A DNA stretch of 64,000 nucleotides from Euryarchaeota archaeon UBA605 (GCA_002504905.1 DATY01000029.1:78306-142305); one strand, 5' to 3'; positions 29,658 through 39,846 are shown, numbered from the stretch's first letter. Numbers and translations: made by a program. Notes: generated by a model from the sequence alone, not told the origin.

Positions 29658-29754
29658 AGTGTATGCTGGAATAGTTTGTAGATAAATAAATCTACGGCAT
29701 TGGAAATTTAAATTTTAAGTGAGTAAAGCTCAATTTATTGATTAGATGGATTAA

Positions 29755-30624
29755 TTACCTGACTTTTGGTTTAGGGAAATTTATTGAAGAAATTCTAATT
29801 ATTGCAATTCCAATTATTCCACTAAGAACAAAAAGAAGCATTGATGAAACACCTGGTGATGATATAGCAACCCGAATTACTACAGTTGAAAGAACAAAAC
29901 CAGTATTTCTGGCTAAGTTTCCAAAATCTGTATAAAACCAGTATGAAATCAAAAGAATAAGTATATCTGCGAGGATTAAAAAGGTGAAGAAATCTAAGAA
30001 GAAAATCTCTCTATTTACAGCACCTTTCCCTTCAAATACTGATTCAATCCAACCAGACATGGACGTAAAAGTAATAATTACGAAAACTAATAGCATCATC
30101 AAAGCAATGACTTCTTTGGAAAAAATAAACGAGGATAGTCGATTATCTTGCAAATTTTCACTTTTTATCTCTTTGCTGATTCTTTGGTAAATCAATGAAG
30201 TGTAGAACAATACCAAAAATGCCAAACATTCTACTATCAGGAAGCCTAAATCTTCATCAATCTTCCATCCATCTTGAAATTCGATATTGGAAAGTCTTTT
30301 CAGAATATCTCTGACAACCAAGAGAGTAGCAATTTCATACTGCTTACCTACGGATGATGAAAAGGACTCAGGAATTGTTCGAATCAACTGATAGACTTCA
30401 TAAGCCAATAAAATTGAAAACGGAGTATATAGAGAGGATAATGGAGAATTGAACATTTCCATATTTTCTCCTGAGAGACTATATCTTTCGGTCTGAATTA
30501 ATAACCAAATCAGTAGATGGAGTGTGAAGCCAATTATCGCAGAAATAATAGCTATTTTTCTGACAATTTGGTCTACTTCCCGCCCCAAAAGTGACTCATA
30601 GTAGTATCCAACAGAAGATCGCAT
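29755..30624 (-). CDS. multi-pass integral membrane protein (hypothetical)
   Basis: About 7 hydrophobic segments. Confidence 0.45.
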   Translation of the reverse strand: MRSSVGYYYESLLGREVDQIVRKIAIISAIIGFTLHLLIWLLIQTERYSLSGENMEMFNSPLSSLYTPFSILLAYEVYQLIRTIPESFSSSVGKQYEIATLLVVRDILKRLSNIEFQDGWKIDEDLGFLIVECLAFLVLFYTSLIYQRISKEIKSENLQDNRLSSFIFSKEVIALMMLLVFVIITFTSMSGWIESVFEGKGAVNREIFFLDFFTFLILADILILLISYWFYTDFGNLARNTGFVLSTVVIRVAISSPGVSSMLLFVLSGIIGIAIIRISSINFPKPKVR

Positions 30625-30697
30625 ATACTTTAGTAATGAAAATTACTTTTTATTATGGGTTATAAAAAAAAATACAAAAAAGGTATAATTTTGCTAA

Positions 30698-32602
30698 TCA
30701 AACAGTTTGATTGAGCCAGTCCAAACAAGACTGATGGGTACATCTCGGTGGATCGAACAATAGTTTTTCCTCTGGATGAATTATATCTAGGAATAGATTG
30801 GAACTAGAACTTTCAGAAACTTCAACAATTGAGCTTGTAGATGCTGGTAGGTAGTCCTCTCCAGTACTAGCAAGTGACAGACGAATAGTATGGCCGGCTT
30901 GTATTTGTACATCCATGGCAAAGAACTCCATCTTGGCATTAATTGTTTCAAAAATAGGTAACCAAGTCTGTTCCTGATTCCCTCCCTCGTGATATCTCAA
31001 ATCCATAATAGCATGCCCAATGTGAATACAATTTCCTTCTTCGGAACAGTCTTCTAATAATGCATAGATTTGCCCGCCAACTGTTGCTGTAGAAACGTCA
31101 ATGTGTAATCTGGGTAAACCTGAAATCCAAATATCTTCAGTAAATTCTTCAGTCTCATAAATTGGTCCAAAGTTACCATTGGGAAGTATTGTAGTTGTAC
31201 CTCCTGCTACATTAATCAATCCACCTCCAAGATCTAATGAGATTGTTTCCATGTCTTGTGGAGGGTATCTTTCTTCAATTCTCCATTGGCCTTGATTAGA
31301 TTGTATCTCAACAAATAATCCTGGCTTATCACCAACTCCTTTAAGATACCAGTCAAACCATTCTAGTAAATCTTGCATCCAGTCAAATCTAACCATTTGA
31401 GGGTACGCCTCTCTACCTCTGCCTTCTCCCGAGCGGTCAAAATGATAATCAGGTCTATCTGGATAATCGTGGTCCCATTGACCGAATAATCCCTTAGATT
31501 CAATACCTGCATCAATTAATTGATTTATTACTGGGATAGCCATATGAGGATCAACATTCCAGTCATGCATTCCTTGAATGAGATACACAGAACCTTCATA
31601 ATTTTCTAATACTCTGTCTAGAAAATATCTCTCTTCCCAATATGTTCCTGCAAACTCACCGCCCCACATGTAAGCTGCAACTCCAGTACCCGGACCGATA
31701 ATATAATCTGGACAAACATTTCCAATATCTTCCTGGTCTCCATCAAATCCATATGACCCATAAACTCCATTATGCATTATCGGAGCTCTCGCTTCACTAC
31801 TACCATTTTTCCACATTAATTCCATTACCCCAATCAAACCAGAAATTGGCACAATTGTCTTAAGATATTCATTTCCAAATGTGGCTGCCTGCCACGGAGT
31901 AGAACCATCATATGATTTACCAATCATTGATACACCACCATTACTCCATTCTTGAGTACCTAGCCAAGTTACAGCGGCATCAACCCCAAGTTGTTCCGCA
32001 TTTCCCATCAAGTCCATACAATGATTCGAACGTCCGGTACCCATTACTGAGACTTGGGCAAAAGCATATCCGTGAGGTAAAATCTGATCTATTATCATTT
32101 GACCAAGCCATGTACCTGGAACTTCTATTGATGGAGTGTCGACGCTGACTTCATCAAAATAAGGTCCAAATTCTGCAATAACTGGTACTGTTACTCCTTC
32201 GGGCACATCTGGAAGCCAAACTGCAAGACTAACAACACCATTAGGAGCTGAACCTCCTTCGCTAAGTGGTAATTCAAAATTCACGAAATGATGAGTTGAG
32301 CCCCATTCATTATCAGTTTCCAGTAAATCATACTCGCCAAATTCCATGACAAATCCATTCGCCTGATCTGTGTTATACGGCCACTCCGACCTTTCCCATA
32401 CTGGAACTCTTTCATAAATCCCTAAATCTTTTTTGATTTCATCTACTACATCGTCAATTATCCAACCCTGTAGAGATAACAGTAACATGATTATTGTCAT
32501 TGACATTGCAACTGCTAATAATTTAGCATTAGAATTAGTAAAATTTTTAAATTTTTCAGAAAGAGGGGTTGATTTGTCTCCAACTGGAACTCCCTCTATC
32601 AT
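30698..32602 (-). CDS. S15-family peptidase / CocE-NonD family hydrolase (Xaa-Pro dipeptidyl-peptidase-like), secreted
   Basis: Nucleophile elbow MIGKSYDGS (GxSYxG); N-terminal signal anchor; ~630 aa with a C-terminal beta-sandwich typical of the family. Confidence 0.7.
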   Translation of the reverse strand: MIEGVPVGDKSTPLSEKFKNFTNSNAKLLAVAMSMTIIMLLLSLQGWIIDDVVDEIKKDLGIYERVPVWERSEWPYNTDQANGFVMEFGEYDLLETDNEWGSTHHFVNFELPLSEGGSAPNGVVSLAVWLPDVPEGVTVPVIAEFGPYFDEVSVDTPSIEVPGTWLGQMIIDQILPHGYAFAQVSVMGTGRSNHCMDLMGNAEQLGVDAAVTWLGTQEWSNGGVSMIGKSYDGSTPWQAATFGNEYLKTIVPISGLIGVMELMWKNGSSEARAPIMHNGVYGSYGFDGDQEDIGNVCPDYIIGPGTGVAAYMWGGEFAGTYWEERYFLDRVLENYEGSVYLIQGMHDWNVDPHMAIPVINQLIDAGIESKGLFGQWDHDYPDRPDYHFDRSGEGRGREAYPQMVRFDWMQDLLEWFDWYLKGVGDKPGLFVEIQSNQGQWRIEERYPPQDMETISLDLGGGLINVAGGTTTILPNGNFGPIYETEEFTEDIWISGLPRLHIDVSTATVGGQIYALLEDCSEEGNCIHIGHAIMDLRYHEGGNQEQTWLPIFETINAKMEFFAMDVQIQAGHTIRLSLASTGEDYLPASTSSIVEVSESSSSNLFLDIIHPEEKLLFDPPRCTHQSCLDWLNQTV

Positions 32603-32690
32603 ACAAACTCGTGTTGAAGAGTATTATTCAGACTTATGTATTTTTGATTGTTAAAAATTTTTAATAAAAATATGATTTAATGTTAAAATT

Positions 32691-32863
32691 AGCCTTGAAA
32701 AAATACAAATGTATTTATGTTGAAAAATGAAAAGTAAACAGACATTAATGAATGGATTGAGTTAACCAACAATAATGAATACAGGACACATACTTGCAAT
32801 CCTAATTGGTTTTTACGCTTCTTTCGCTGTTACGGTGATGAGTGTGACTCCATTATTAGGTTG
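32691..32863 (+). repeat. copy 2 of duplicated unit (leader + 29-aa ORF)
   Basis: See copy 1; its 3' end abuts or overlaps the photolyase start. Confidence 0.75.
32774..32863 (+). CDS. 29-aa hydrophobic peptide (copy 2): MNTGHILAILIGFYASFAVTVMSVTPLLG
   Basis: Hand translation; one aa differs from copy 1 with several synonymous changes, consistent with purifying selection on the peptide. Confidence 0.4.
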
Positions 32864-32893
32864 AAAAAAAAAACCCGTACCGGGGGAAGAAGA

Positions 32894-34459
32894 GTGAAAA
32901 ATGCCATAGTTTGGTTTAGGAAAACACTCAGAATTCACGATAACCCTATGTTAATTTGGGCAGAATCATCGCAGGATTTCGATTCTATAATTCCTATTTA
33001 CATACTGGAAGAGAATTGGAGTCATGAAAAGACAGGAAAACTAGGAAATAATAGATTGAGTTTTCTTTTCGATTCACTACTCGATTTAGATAATAATCTG
33101 AAAAATAATTTCGATACTAGATTACAAATATTCTCAGGAGATCCATGCGAGGTAATCGAATCAATCTTGAATACTAAAGATAGTAAAGTAAAATCTTTAC
33201 TTACTGACTACTGTTCCGAGCCAGGTAGCATTAATGATATTTTTCAGGTAACTGAAAATCTAGAAAAAAATGATATTAATGTGAAAGTTTTTCCTGCAGT
33301 AAATACTATCTTAGATATTGAGAAAATTATAAAGAATAAGAATTTTAAGTTGCCTAAATCTACTAATGATATGGAAAAAATATTCAACGATAATCATATT
33401 ATTGGACCCTATGGGAATCTAATAGATGGAGATCTACCAACTCCTAAAAAAATCTGTTCTGATTCATTATTTGTAAAATCAATTAAGAAACAAAAACATA
33501 TTTCAAATTTTTATATTCCAATAGAAGAAATTAGAGAAAGAAATTATCAATTGAAATTGGAAGTAGGGTTTGAGAATTCATATTTTCTGGGTGGAGAAAC
33601 TGAGGCTTTAAAAAGACTTGAAAAGAAAATTTCTGAGAGGCCTGATTTCGTTAACAGTTTTAGAAAACCTAAGACATACTCAACTAACGAAGATAACAAT
33701 CCAATGGAACCAACAACAACTGGACTTTCCCCCTATATTAGCAATGGGTGTTTGTCGGTTAGATTGGTTTGGAATGAGTGTGCTAGTATTCAAAATTCGG
33801 GACATACTAAACCTCCAGAATCTCTTCACGGACAATTAATGTTTAGAGAAATGTTCTACCTATTATCCAGATCTGTAGAAAATTGGGATAGCGATATTGG
33901 AAATATAAATTGTAAACCAGTAAAATGGGGAGATTATGATGAAGAAAAAATTAGAGCATGGGAATTGGGAAAAACAGGTTTCCCTTACATCGATGCAATG
34001 ATGAGGCAACTTGAGGCAACCGGATGGATGCATCATCTAGGCAGACATGCTGTTTCTTGCTTTCTAACAAGAGGACAGTTGTGGCAAAATTGGAAATATG
34101 GGAGAGATATTTTTGAAAGGAAATTAATTGATTCAGACTGGGCTGTGAATAACGGAAATTGGCTCTGGTTAGCTGGAGTTGCCCCCTTCTCAATGCCCTA
34201 CTACAGAGTCTATAATCCGTGTCCAGATAAGAAATCAAGTCTGAATGTGGAGACGGAAAAGGCTACTTTTATACGATATTGGATTCCTGAATTATCATTA
34301 TTCCCATCAAAATACATTTTTGAACCAAATTTAGCACCTTTAGAAATACAAAAATCGTCGAATTGTATAATTGGAGAAGACTACCCATTTCCAATTGTCG
34401 ATCGAAAGAATACTAGAAAGGAAAATCTAATTAAATTCAAATCGAATATTAAGCAATGA
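32894..34459 (+). CDS. cryptochrome/photolyase family protein, (6-4) photolyase / animal-cryptochrome type
   Basis: N-terminal IVWFRKTLRIHDNPML. C-terminal GWMHHLGRHAVSCFLTRGQLWQNWKYGRDIFERKLIDSDWAVNNGNWLWLAG...YYRVYNPC (FAD-binding region). Start ambiguous: the ORF track uses TTG at 32861, but the GTG at 32894 gives MKNAIVWFRK. Confidence 0.75.
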   Translation: MKNAIVWFRKTLRIHDNPMLIWAESSQDFDSIIPIYILEENWSHEKTGKLGNNRLSFLFDSLLDLDNNLKNNFDTRLQIFSGDPCEVIESILNTKDSKVKSLLTDYCSEPGSINDIFQVTENLEKNDINVKVFPAVNTILDIEKIIKNKNFKLPKSTNDMEKIFNDNHIIGPYGNLIDGDLPTPKKICSDSLFVKSIKKQKHISNFYIPIEEIRERNYQLKLEVGFENSYFLGGETEALKRLEKKISERPDFVNSFRKPKTYSTNEDNNPMEPTTTGLSPYISNGCLSVRLVWNECASIQNSGHTKPPESLHGQLMFREMFYLLSRSVENWDSDIGNINCKPVKWGDYDEEKIRAWELGKTGFPYIDAMMRQLEATGWMHHLGRHAVSCFLTRGQLWQNWKYGRDIFERKLIDSDWAVNNGNWLWLAGVAPFSMPYYRVYNPCPDKKSSLNVETEKATFIRYWIPELSLFPSKYIFEPNLAPLEIQKSSNCIIGEDYPFPIVDRKNTRKENLIKFKSNIKQ

Positions 34460-34782
34460 ATAAAAGTTAATCATTATCTAAATACCGTTATTATCTGTAC
34501 AATACAGAAATTTAATTTGAACTAATAATAATTTAAAAAAATGAGAAAAGTAATAGTTTCTTTACTACTAGTAGAATACTAGAATTAATCAGATCTTGCT
34601 ACAAGTAGTTCTAATTGATCTCCCAACCTTTGCCACAAGTCGTCTATTTGCTCACTAGTCATATCCAACGAAATGTACTTCTACATATATACCATTGTTT
34701 TCATAAGACATTTCAGGAAGTAAGTTATATTGCATTTTTATTTTACGTTTGACAGCAATAAAAGGCAAAAAAATTACACTTT

Positions 34783-34860
34783 TGGTGCTCGTGCCGGGAT
34801 TTGAACCCGGGTCGCCGCCTCGAAAGGGCGGCATGATGGACCGAACTACACCACACGAGC
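34783..34860 (-). tRNA. tRNA-Glu (anticodon TTC), CCA encoded
   Basis: GCTCGTG...anticodon stem CCGCC/GGCGG with loop CTTTCGA...T-loop CGGGTTCAAATCCCG...ACGAGCACCA; spurious ORF 34655..34867 overlaps it. Confidence 0.8.
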
Positions 34861-34926
34861 GATGCACTGCCGAGAAGCAGTCCCCACATAATTACAACGG
34901 TTCCAAATACTAGGAAAACTTAGCAA

Positions 34927-35535
34927 CTATACTTCTGTATTAGTCTCTGGATCCATGCTATTCCACCATCTCAGTAAAGGAATAAATATTATGATACAAA
35001 GAATAGAAATTAATGTGAAATTAAACCAATTTAATGAACTCTGAACGGATTCTCCATAAACTCCTAAAAGCAATCCTACTGAACCAAATCTAATTCCTCT
35101 GCCAAAAATTCCGGCTAATGCAAAAAGTCGTAAGTCCATTCTTCCTGCTCCAGCAATCCAAGCAAGAGCCTTGTAAGGTATGGGAGAAATTGCTGCAATA
35201 AAAACACCTGCTGAGCCATATTTATCAATCAAAAAATTTAATCTGTTAATGTTCTTTTGACTAACAAAGCGCTCTAAAATTGGAATTCCTCCGTAAAATC
35301 CGATTCCATAACCTAAAAATGCACCAAAAACGCTACTCAGAGTTGCAACCAGAACAATTAATAAAATTCCTAGAATACTATTTGCTTCGATTACCATTGG
35401 AATAACTAGGACGTCCGGAGGAATCGGTTGAAAGGCCGCTTCTGATGCTGAAACTAATGCTAAACCTATTAATCCAAAGCCATCAGCCCAATCAATAAAT
35501 GGCTGAAAGTAATCGCTCGGACTCATACCTCTCAA
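34927..35535 (-). CDS. DedA/SNARE-associated family membrane protein
   Basis: Hydrophobic protein with a Gly-rich G..G.F.GYGIGFYGG and a PIPYKALAWIAGAG motif typical of the DedA family. Confidence 0.55.
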   Translation of the reverse strand: MRGMSPSDYFQPFIDWADGFGLIGLALVSASEAAFQPIPPDVLVIPMVIEANSILGILLIVLVATLSSVFGAFLGYGIGFYGGIPILERFVSQKNINRLNFLIDKYGSAGVFIAAISPIPYKALAWIAGAGRMDLRLFALAGIFGRGIRFGSVGLLLGVYGESVQSSLNWFNFTLISILCIIIFIPLLRWWNSMDPETNTEV

Positions 35536-35628
35536 TTGTCTCCCGTATCACTATGCGGATGAACATTTTCCGAATATAATCATTAAATTACACCTATCAC
35601 TGATATGTAGTCGACCGCTCGCGGCATT

Positions 35629-36144
35629 GTGGGAGGGGAGGTTCTAGACACTGCAGCCTTGATTTCTTGGCCAATAAACAGGCTGAATGGTTGCTACGCA
35701 ATGCCATCACAAAAGAATGAATTGTTTAATGTAAATCCTGAAGAGGAAATTAAAATTGACTCTGCGCAAATAATGTGGATGATTCCTGATGATAAAAGTA
35801 TGGAAATTGCTACAAATATAGCAATTAGTACAGGAGATATGGCTGGACTATCTGAAATTGATCTGGGAATTCTTGCATTGTCTATTGATTTGGAAAAAAC
35901 CTTAGTCACAGACGATTATAGATTGCAAAATTTAGCAGAAAAAGCTGGTATAGAATGGATGACAGTGACAACTGAAGGAATAAAACAACTATGGACATGG
36001 GAATTGAAGTGCATAGCTTGCAAAAAGATATATCCACAACCAAAAAAACCTAATTTAAAAAAATCAGACTGGGGAGAATGTAAAGAATGTGGTTCTAAAC
36101 TTAGATTGAAGAGGATAAAAGGTAATCACTCTGATTCTTCATGA
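35629..36144 (+). CDS. Nob1-like endonuclease (PIN domain + C-terminal zinc ribbon)
   Basis: N-terminal VLDTAALI (PIN Asp); C-terminal CIACKK...CKECGSK. Confidence 0.6.
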   Translation: MGGEVLDTAALISWPINRLNGCYAMPSQKNELFNVNPEEEIKIDSAQIMWMIPDDKSMEIATNIAISTGDMAGLSEIDLGILALSIDLEKTLVTDDYRLQNLAEKAGIEWMTVTTEGIKQLWTWELKCIACKKIYPQPKKPNLKKSDWGECKECGSKLRLKRIKGNHSDSS

Positions 36145-36332
36145 TGTTCCTTAGTCATCCCACCACGATCAATATCTTCGCCAGCAATTGACATCCCCTC
36201 TTGAAGGCCTCTCTGAAATTCACCTTTAGCACGGCCTGCATTTCTAGCTAATTCTGGTATCTTTTTTGCTCCAAACATGATTGCAAGCATTATTACAAGA
36301 ATTACAATTTCTTGAGTACCTAAGATTCCCAT
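36126..36332 (-). CDS. tatA: twin-arginine translocase subunit TatA/E
   Basis: MGILGTQEIVILVIMLAIMFGAKKIPELARNAGRAKGEFQRG; the ORF-track N-terminal extension was discarded. Confidence 0.7.
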   Translation of the reverse strand: MGILGTQEIVILVIMLAIMFGAKKIPELARNAGRAKGEFQRGLQEGMSIAGEDIDRGGMTKEHHEESE

Positions 36333-36381
36333 ATTGAACCTGAAGAGGTTACAACCTTCAAAGTCTTCGGCTAAAAATCCT

Positions 36382-36648
36382 CTATCCACCGGAAACTGGT
36401 GGTAAAAAGGCGATTTCAGAGGAATCATGGACTTGAGTTTCCAAATCTACCCCGATATCTCCATCCAATGCTACTACTAATCCATCAGAAATCATAGATT
36501 TTAATTCAAACCTTTCAATTATTTGATTGATAGTTGTTCCATGCAGCAAGGATAAATCTATTGTTCTCTGGTTTAATTTCTCGGCTAATGGGCCAAAAAA
36601 TAGGAGTCTGACTTTGATTGCCCCCTCAATAGGTTCCTGTTTCTCCAC
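36382..36648 (-). CDS. MoaD/ThiS-family beta-grasp sulfur carrier (SAMP-like), C-terminal Gly-Gly
   Basis: IKVRLLFFGPLAE...EIAFLPPVSGG. Confidence 0.65.
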   Translation of the reverse strand: MEKQEPIEGAIKVRLLFFGPLAEKLNQRTIDLSLLHGTTINQIIERFELKSMISDGLVVALDGDIGVDLETQVHDSSEIAFLPPVSGG

Positions 36649-36761
36649 AACACTCGGAGAAGTATCTTAGCAATCAAATCATCTATTCATATTTATTAAA
36701 ATACGAAATATTAAACTTTTAATTAACAACAATTCTTAGGTACACCATCACTCGTTAAGGT

Positions 36762-37442
36762 ATGAATAAAGTAGAAGCGGTTGTATTCGACTGTGATGGG
36801 GTGTTGGTAGATATCACTTCATCATGGCAACAAATACACAACTACTTCGGGACAAATAATAAAGAAAATCTTACAAGGTTTCTTGAGAAGGAAATTACAG
36901 ATGATGAATTTATGGAATTAGATGTCAAGTTATGGTTGGAAATTCAAGAGGAAATCCATATGGATGAAATAATGAGATGCTTTTCCGGTGTTAAATTGAT
37001 GAAAGGAGCTAGAGAAGTTATCGATGAATTGAAGAGAAGAGGAATTTATGTAGCTATTGTTTCATCAGGAGTTGCAAGATTCATTGGTTCAATTGCACAT
37101 ATTCTGAAAGTCGATGATTGGGCTGCAAATGATTTTTCATGGGATAAAGAGGGATATTTATCAGGGCCAGCACCTGCTATGGTTGATTCGCATAACAAGG
37201 GTGAGATGGTTGAAAAACTGGCTAGAATAAATGGTTTTGAGGCAGAAAAAATATGGACAATAGGGGACTCAGGTACAGATTTGTCAATGCAAATACCCGG
37301 TTCTAATTTTATAGGATTCAATCCTGCAAGAGAGAGATCTATCAATAAATTTACTGATGCAAGTGTACCAATAATTGTAGATAAGGATTTAACAAAAATT
37401 TGGAATATTATTTTCTCAGAAGATTTTCCAAAGAATGATTAA
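36762..37442 (+). CDS. HAD-superfamily hydrolase (phosphatase)
   Basis: VVFDCDGVLVD (DxDG) and GDSGTD motifs. Confidence 0.7.
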   Translation: MNKVEAVVFDCDGVLVDITSSWQQIHNYFGTNNKENLTRFLEKEITDDEFMELDVKLWLEIQEEIHMDEIMRCFSGVKLMKGAREVIDELKRRGIYVAIVSSGVARFIGSIAHILKVDDWAANDFSWDKEGYLSGPAPAMVDSHNKGEMVEKLARINGFEAEKIWTIGDSGTDLSMQIPGSNFIGFNPARERSINKFTDASVPIIVDKDLTKIWNIIFSEDFPKND

Positions 37443-39070
37443 GCAAATGGTATTGATGCTGAAGCATGTGTATGTAAATTTATCACTGTCAAAATACAGG
37501 GTTTAGGTTGGAAGCCTAACATTCTCTGATAATCAGTCTGATCTTGCCATGTAGAACTGTGAACAATTGTTGTTCCTTTATGGTCTCCAATATATTGTCC
37601 ATGGACATGGCCTGTAACGAAAATATCAGGTATTGTTCCAATTACCATACTATCTTCAGGTTCAGGAGATAATGGAGTTTTTCCCCCCCATGATGGTGCT
37701 AAATGTCTTCTTTCGAGCATTGAACGCATGGCCATCTCAGGTTTTGCATAAGTTACAGATCTAAGCCCTGCAACAAAGTCATCTATACTTTTTCCATGGT
37801 ACGAGAGAATTCTAACTCCATGAAGACTAAAATCACAAGGATTACCCACGAAGATAGCGTCTGTATAGTCTTGTTGAACCTCTGGATCAAGAGCAGGTTG
37901 GGGTTCTGCTGGACGTACGGCATCATGATTTCCTGGAAGAATAATCACATCTACCCAGTCTGGTAAGTCGCTAAGGAGCATTGCAAGAGCTCCATATTGC
38001 TTGAATAAATCAGTGATAGCTAAATGCCTATCTTGTCCTGGATAAATTCCAACACCATCAACACCATCTCCACTCAATACGAAATATTTGATTGTCTTGG
38101 CTAAAGGGTCTGTTTTGAACCAATTTATCATTTTCTGCCATTGAGGCTCAAGGAAGGTTTTGCTACCGACATGAACATCGGAAAGAAAAGCTGCAGAAAC
38201 AGATTCTTCAATATTAGCAGCATTTTTTGCTCTACGAGGTAGAGGAGGAAAGTGAATATTTGAAATAATAAATAAGTCTGTTCTGTCACCAATAAAAAAT
38301 CCACTAACTCCAACTACATCATCATTCATTAATCCATCAAGAGCAGCATGGAGAGGATTGGCTCCGGAAGGTGGCTTTAGTAGACATTGAATCTGAGTCG
38401 TTTCATCTTCTAAAAGAAACATAAGATTTCCTGATTTAGCCCAACGAGGTTCACTAACTAGACCAACAATAGTAATCTCGTATTCATTTGAAGAATAACG
38501 TTGACGATTTCTATATGCCTCAGAATTAGAAATCGGCCTTCTTGGTAATGAACGACCTTCAATCATTAGATTTCGAATTTGATGTAATCTACTGTTAAAA
38601 AATGATTTAATATCTGACAATTTACCTTCAGTAACTGAATTTCCCGTAATATCAAAATGTACTTCAATCTCTGAATCAACATCTTTTGCTAACATTGGAA
38701 AATCTTCAAGACTGTAATGAGATAAACCATGAGGTCTAGGTGCTGGAGAAATTTCATTGCTAGAAATTGGGGCTATTACTCTGCCAATTGGCGAGGGGTT
38801 ATCCGGAGTGGGGAGAGTCACTTGAGACTTCTTATGTGAAATCTGTAATTCCTCGGTAATAGATTCATCGATAGAAACTAAAGATAATAATTCATCTATA
38901 GATTTAACTGTAAGAAATTGAACATTTGATGAATTTGCGGCTTCTATCAATGGGTTAATATCTACTAATTGTTCAATTTTTTCTTTGGCTTCTAGGCCCA
39001 TTACGAGAAGTCCTGCAGCACTCAACATTTTCTGTTGTTGCGCCCAATCACCGGATGCCATACGGCTCAC
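37439..39070 (-). CDS. DNA polymerase II (PolD) small subunit DP1 (OB fold + calcineurin-like phosphoesterase)
   Basis: LSDVHVGSKTF, VLSGDGVDGVGIYPGQ, ILPGNHDAVRPAEPQP motifs. Confidence 0.75.
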   Translation of the reverse strand: MSRMASGDWAQQQKMLSAAGLLVMGLEAKEKIEQLVDINPLIEAANSSNVQFLTVKSIDELLSLVSIDESITEELQISHKKSQVTLPTPDNPSPIGRVIAPISSNEISPAPRPHGLSHYSLEDFPMLAKDVDSEIEVHFDITGNSVTEGKLSDIKSFFNSRLHQIRNLMIEGRSLPRRPISNSEAYRNRQRYSSNEYEITIVGLVSEPRWAKSGNLMFLLEDETTQIQCLLKPPSGANPLHAALDGLMNDDVVGVSGFFIGDRTDLFIISNIHFPPLPRRAKNAANIEESVSAAFLSDVHVGSKTFLEPQWQKMINWFKTDPLAKTIKYFVLSGDGVDGVGIYPGQDRHLAITDLFKQYGALAMLLSDLPDWVDVIILPGNHDAVRPAEPQPALDPEVQQDYTDAIFVGNPCDFSLHGVRILSYHGKSIDDFVAGLRSVTYAKPEMAMRSMLERRHLAPSWGGKTPLSPEPEDSMVIGTIPDIFVTGHVHGQYIGDHKGTTIVHSSTWQDQTDYQRMLGFQPKPCILTVINLHTHASASIPFA

Positions 39071-39110
39071 GTCAGGTACGTACGCTCATGATAATATCGA
39101 TACAGGGAAG

Positions 39111-39755
39111 TCATTCATCCCAGTCTGTTAATGATGCAAGATCTACTTTTTGTATTTCTTCCGCAACAGTAGTGTCTTCTACTTCCCAGGTCATACTTCC
39201 TTCCCACTGTTCCGAAGAGGGGTCCATTTGAGAAATATCAGATTGAGATTCTTCGATTTCGTCATCATTCTCTATAACATCATCTTGCTGTTCTAATCGA
39301 TCTAATGTTTCAAGTGCCAATCGAAGAGCGAAGACTGCAAAAGAACGTTTATTATCCAATCTATCATTTTCACCAAAATCCATCCTTCTCACGAGAAAAT
39401 AGTCCTGAGCTATTACAGCAACATGTACTCGACCAACTTCTTTTTCCAAAGTTGACCCACCTGGGCCAGCGATTCCTGTAATTGCGATAGCTACATCAGA
39501 ACCTGATTGATATCTAGCGCCTTTAGCCATTTGAACCGCTACTTCATGAGAAACTGCACCGGCTTCACCTTCATCAAATGCTGATTTTTGTACTCCTAAC
39601 TCCCTCATTTTTGCTTCATTAGAATAAACTACCCATCCCTGATTAAACCATTGAGTAGCACCTGAAATATCAGTGATTAATGAAGCGAGTAAACCTCCTG
39701 TACAGGACTCTGCTGTTGAGACTGTCCAGCCCTTCTTCCTAAGGCGTCTTGTCAT
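39111..39755 (-). CDS. CinA C-terminal domain protein / nicotinamide-nucleotide amidohydrolase (PncC-like)
   Basis: TVSTAESCTGGLLAS...GATQWFNQGWVVYSNEAK...SGSDVAIAITGIAGPGG; the ORF-track extension to 39947 overlaps tRNA-Val and was trimmed to the ATG at 39755. Confidence 0.75.
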   Translation of the reverse strand: MTRRLRKKGWTVSTAESCTGGLLASLITDISGATQWFNQGWVVYSNEAKMRELGVQKSAFDEGEAGAVSHEVAVQMAKGARYQSGSDVAIAITGIAGPGGSTLEKEVGRVHVAVIAQDYFLVRRMDFGENDRLDNKRSFAVFALRLALETLDRLEQQDDVIENDDEIEESQSDISQMDPSSEQWEGSMTWEVEDTTVAEEIQKVDLASLTDWDE

Positions 39756-39846
39756 CCGGGAAGCTAGTCCCGCAGTCTCTTCTACCACATGCACCCCTAC
39801 TAGTAATCCTTCTTGATTGTTTACACTTAATCTTGAAGATTTGAGT

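Noticed and set aside
32861-32885. TTG start and A10 homopolymer at photolyase 5' end as possible frameshift or slippery site
   Set aside because: No evidence of a disrupted upstream frame; a GTG at 32894 gives a conventional N-terminus, so it was treated as start ambiguity only.
34655-34867. 70-aa ORF on minus strand
   Set aside because: Overlaps tRNA-Glu(TTC) on the same strand; spurious.
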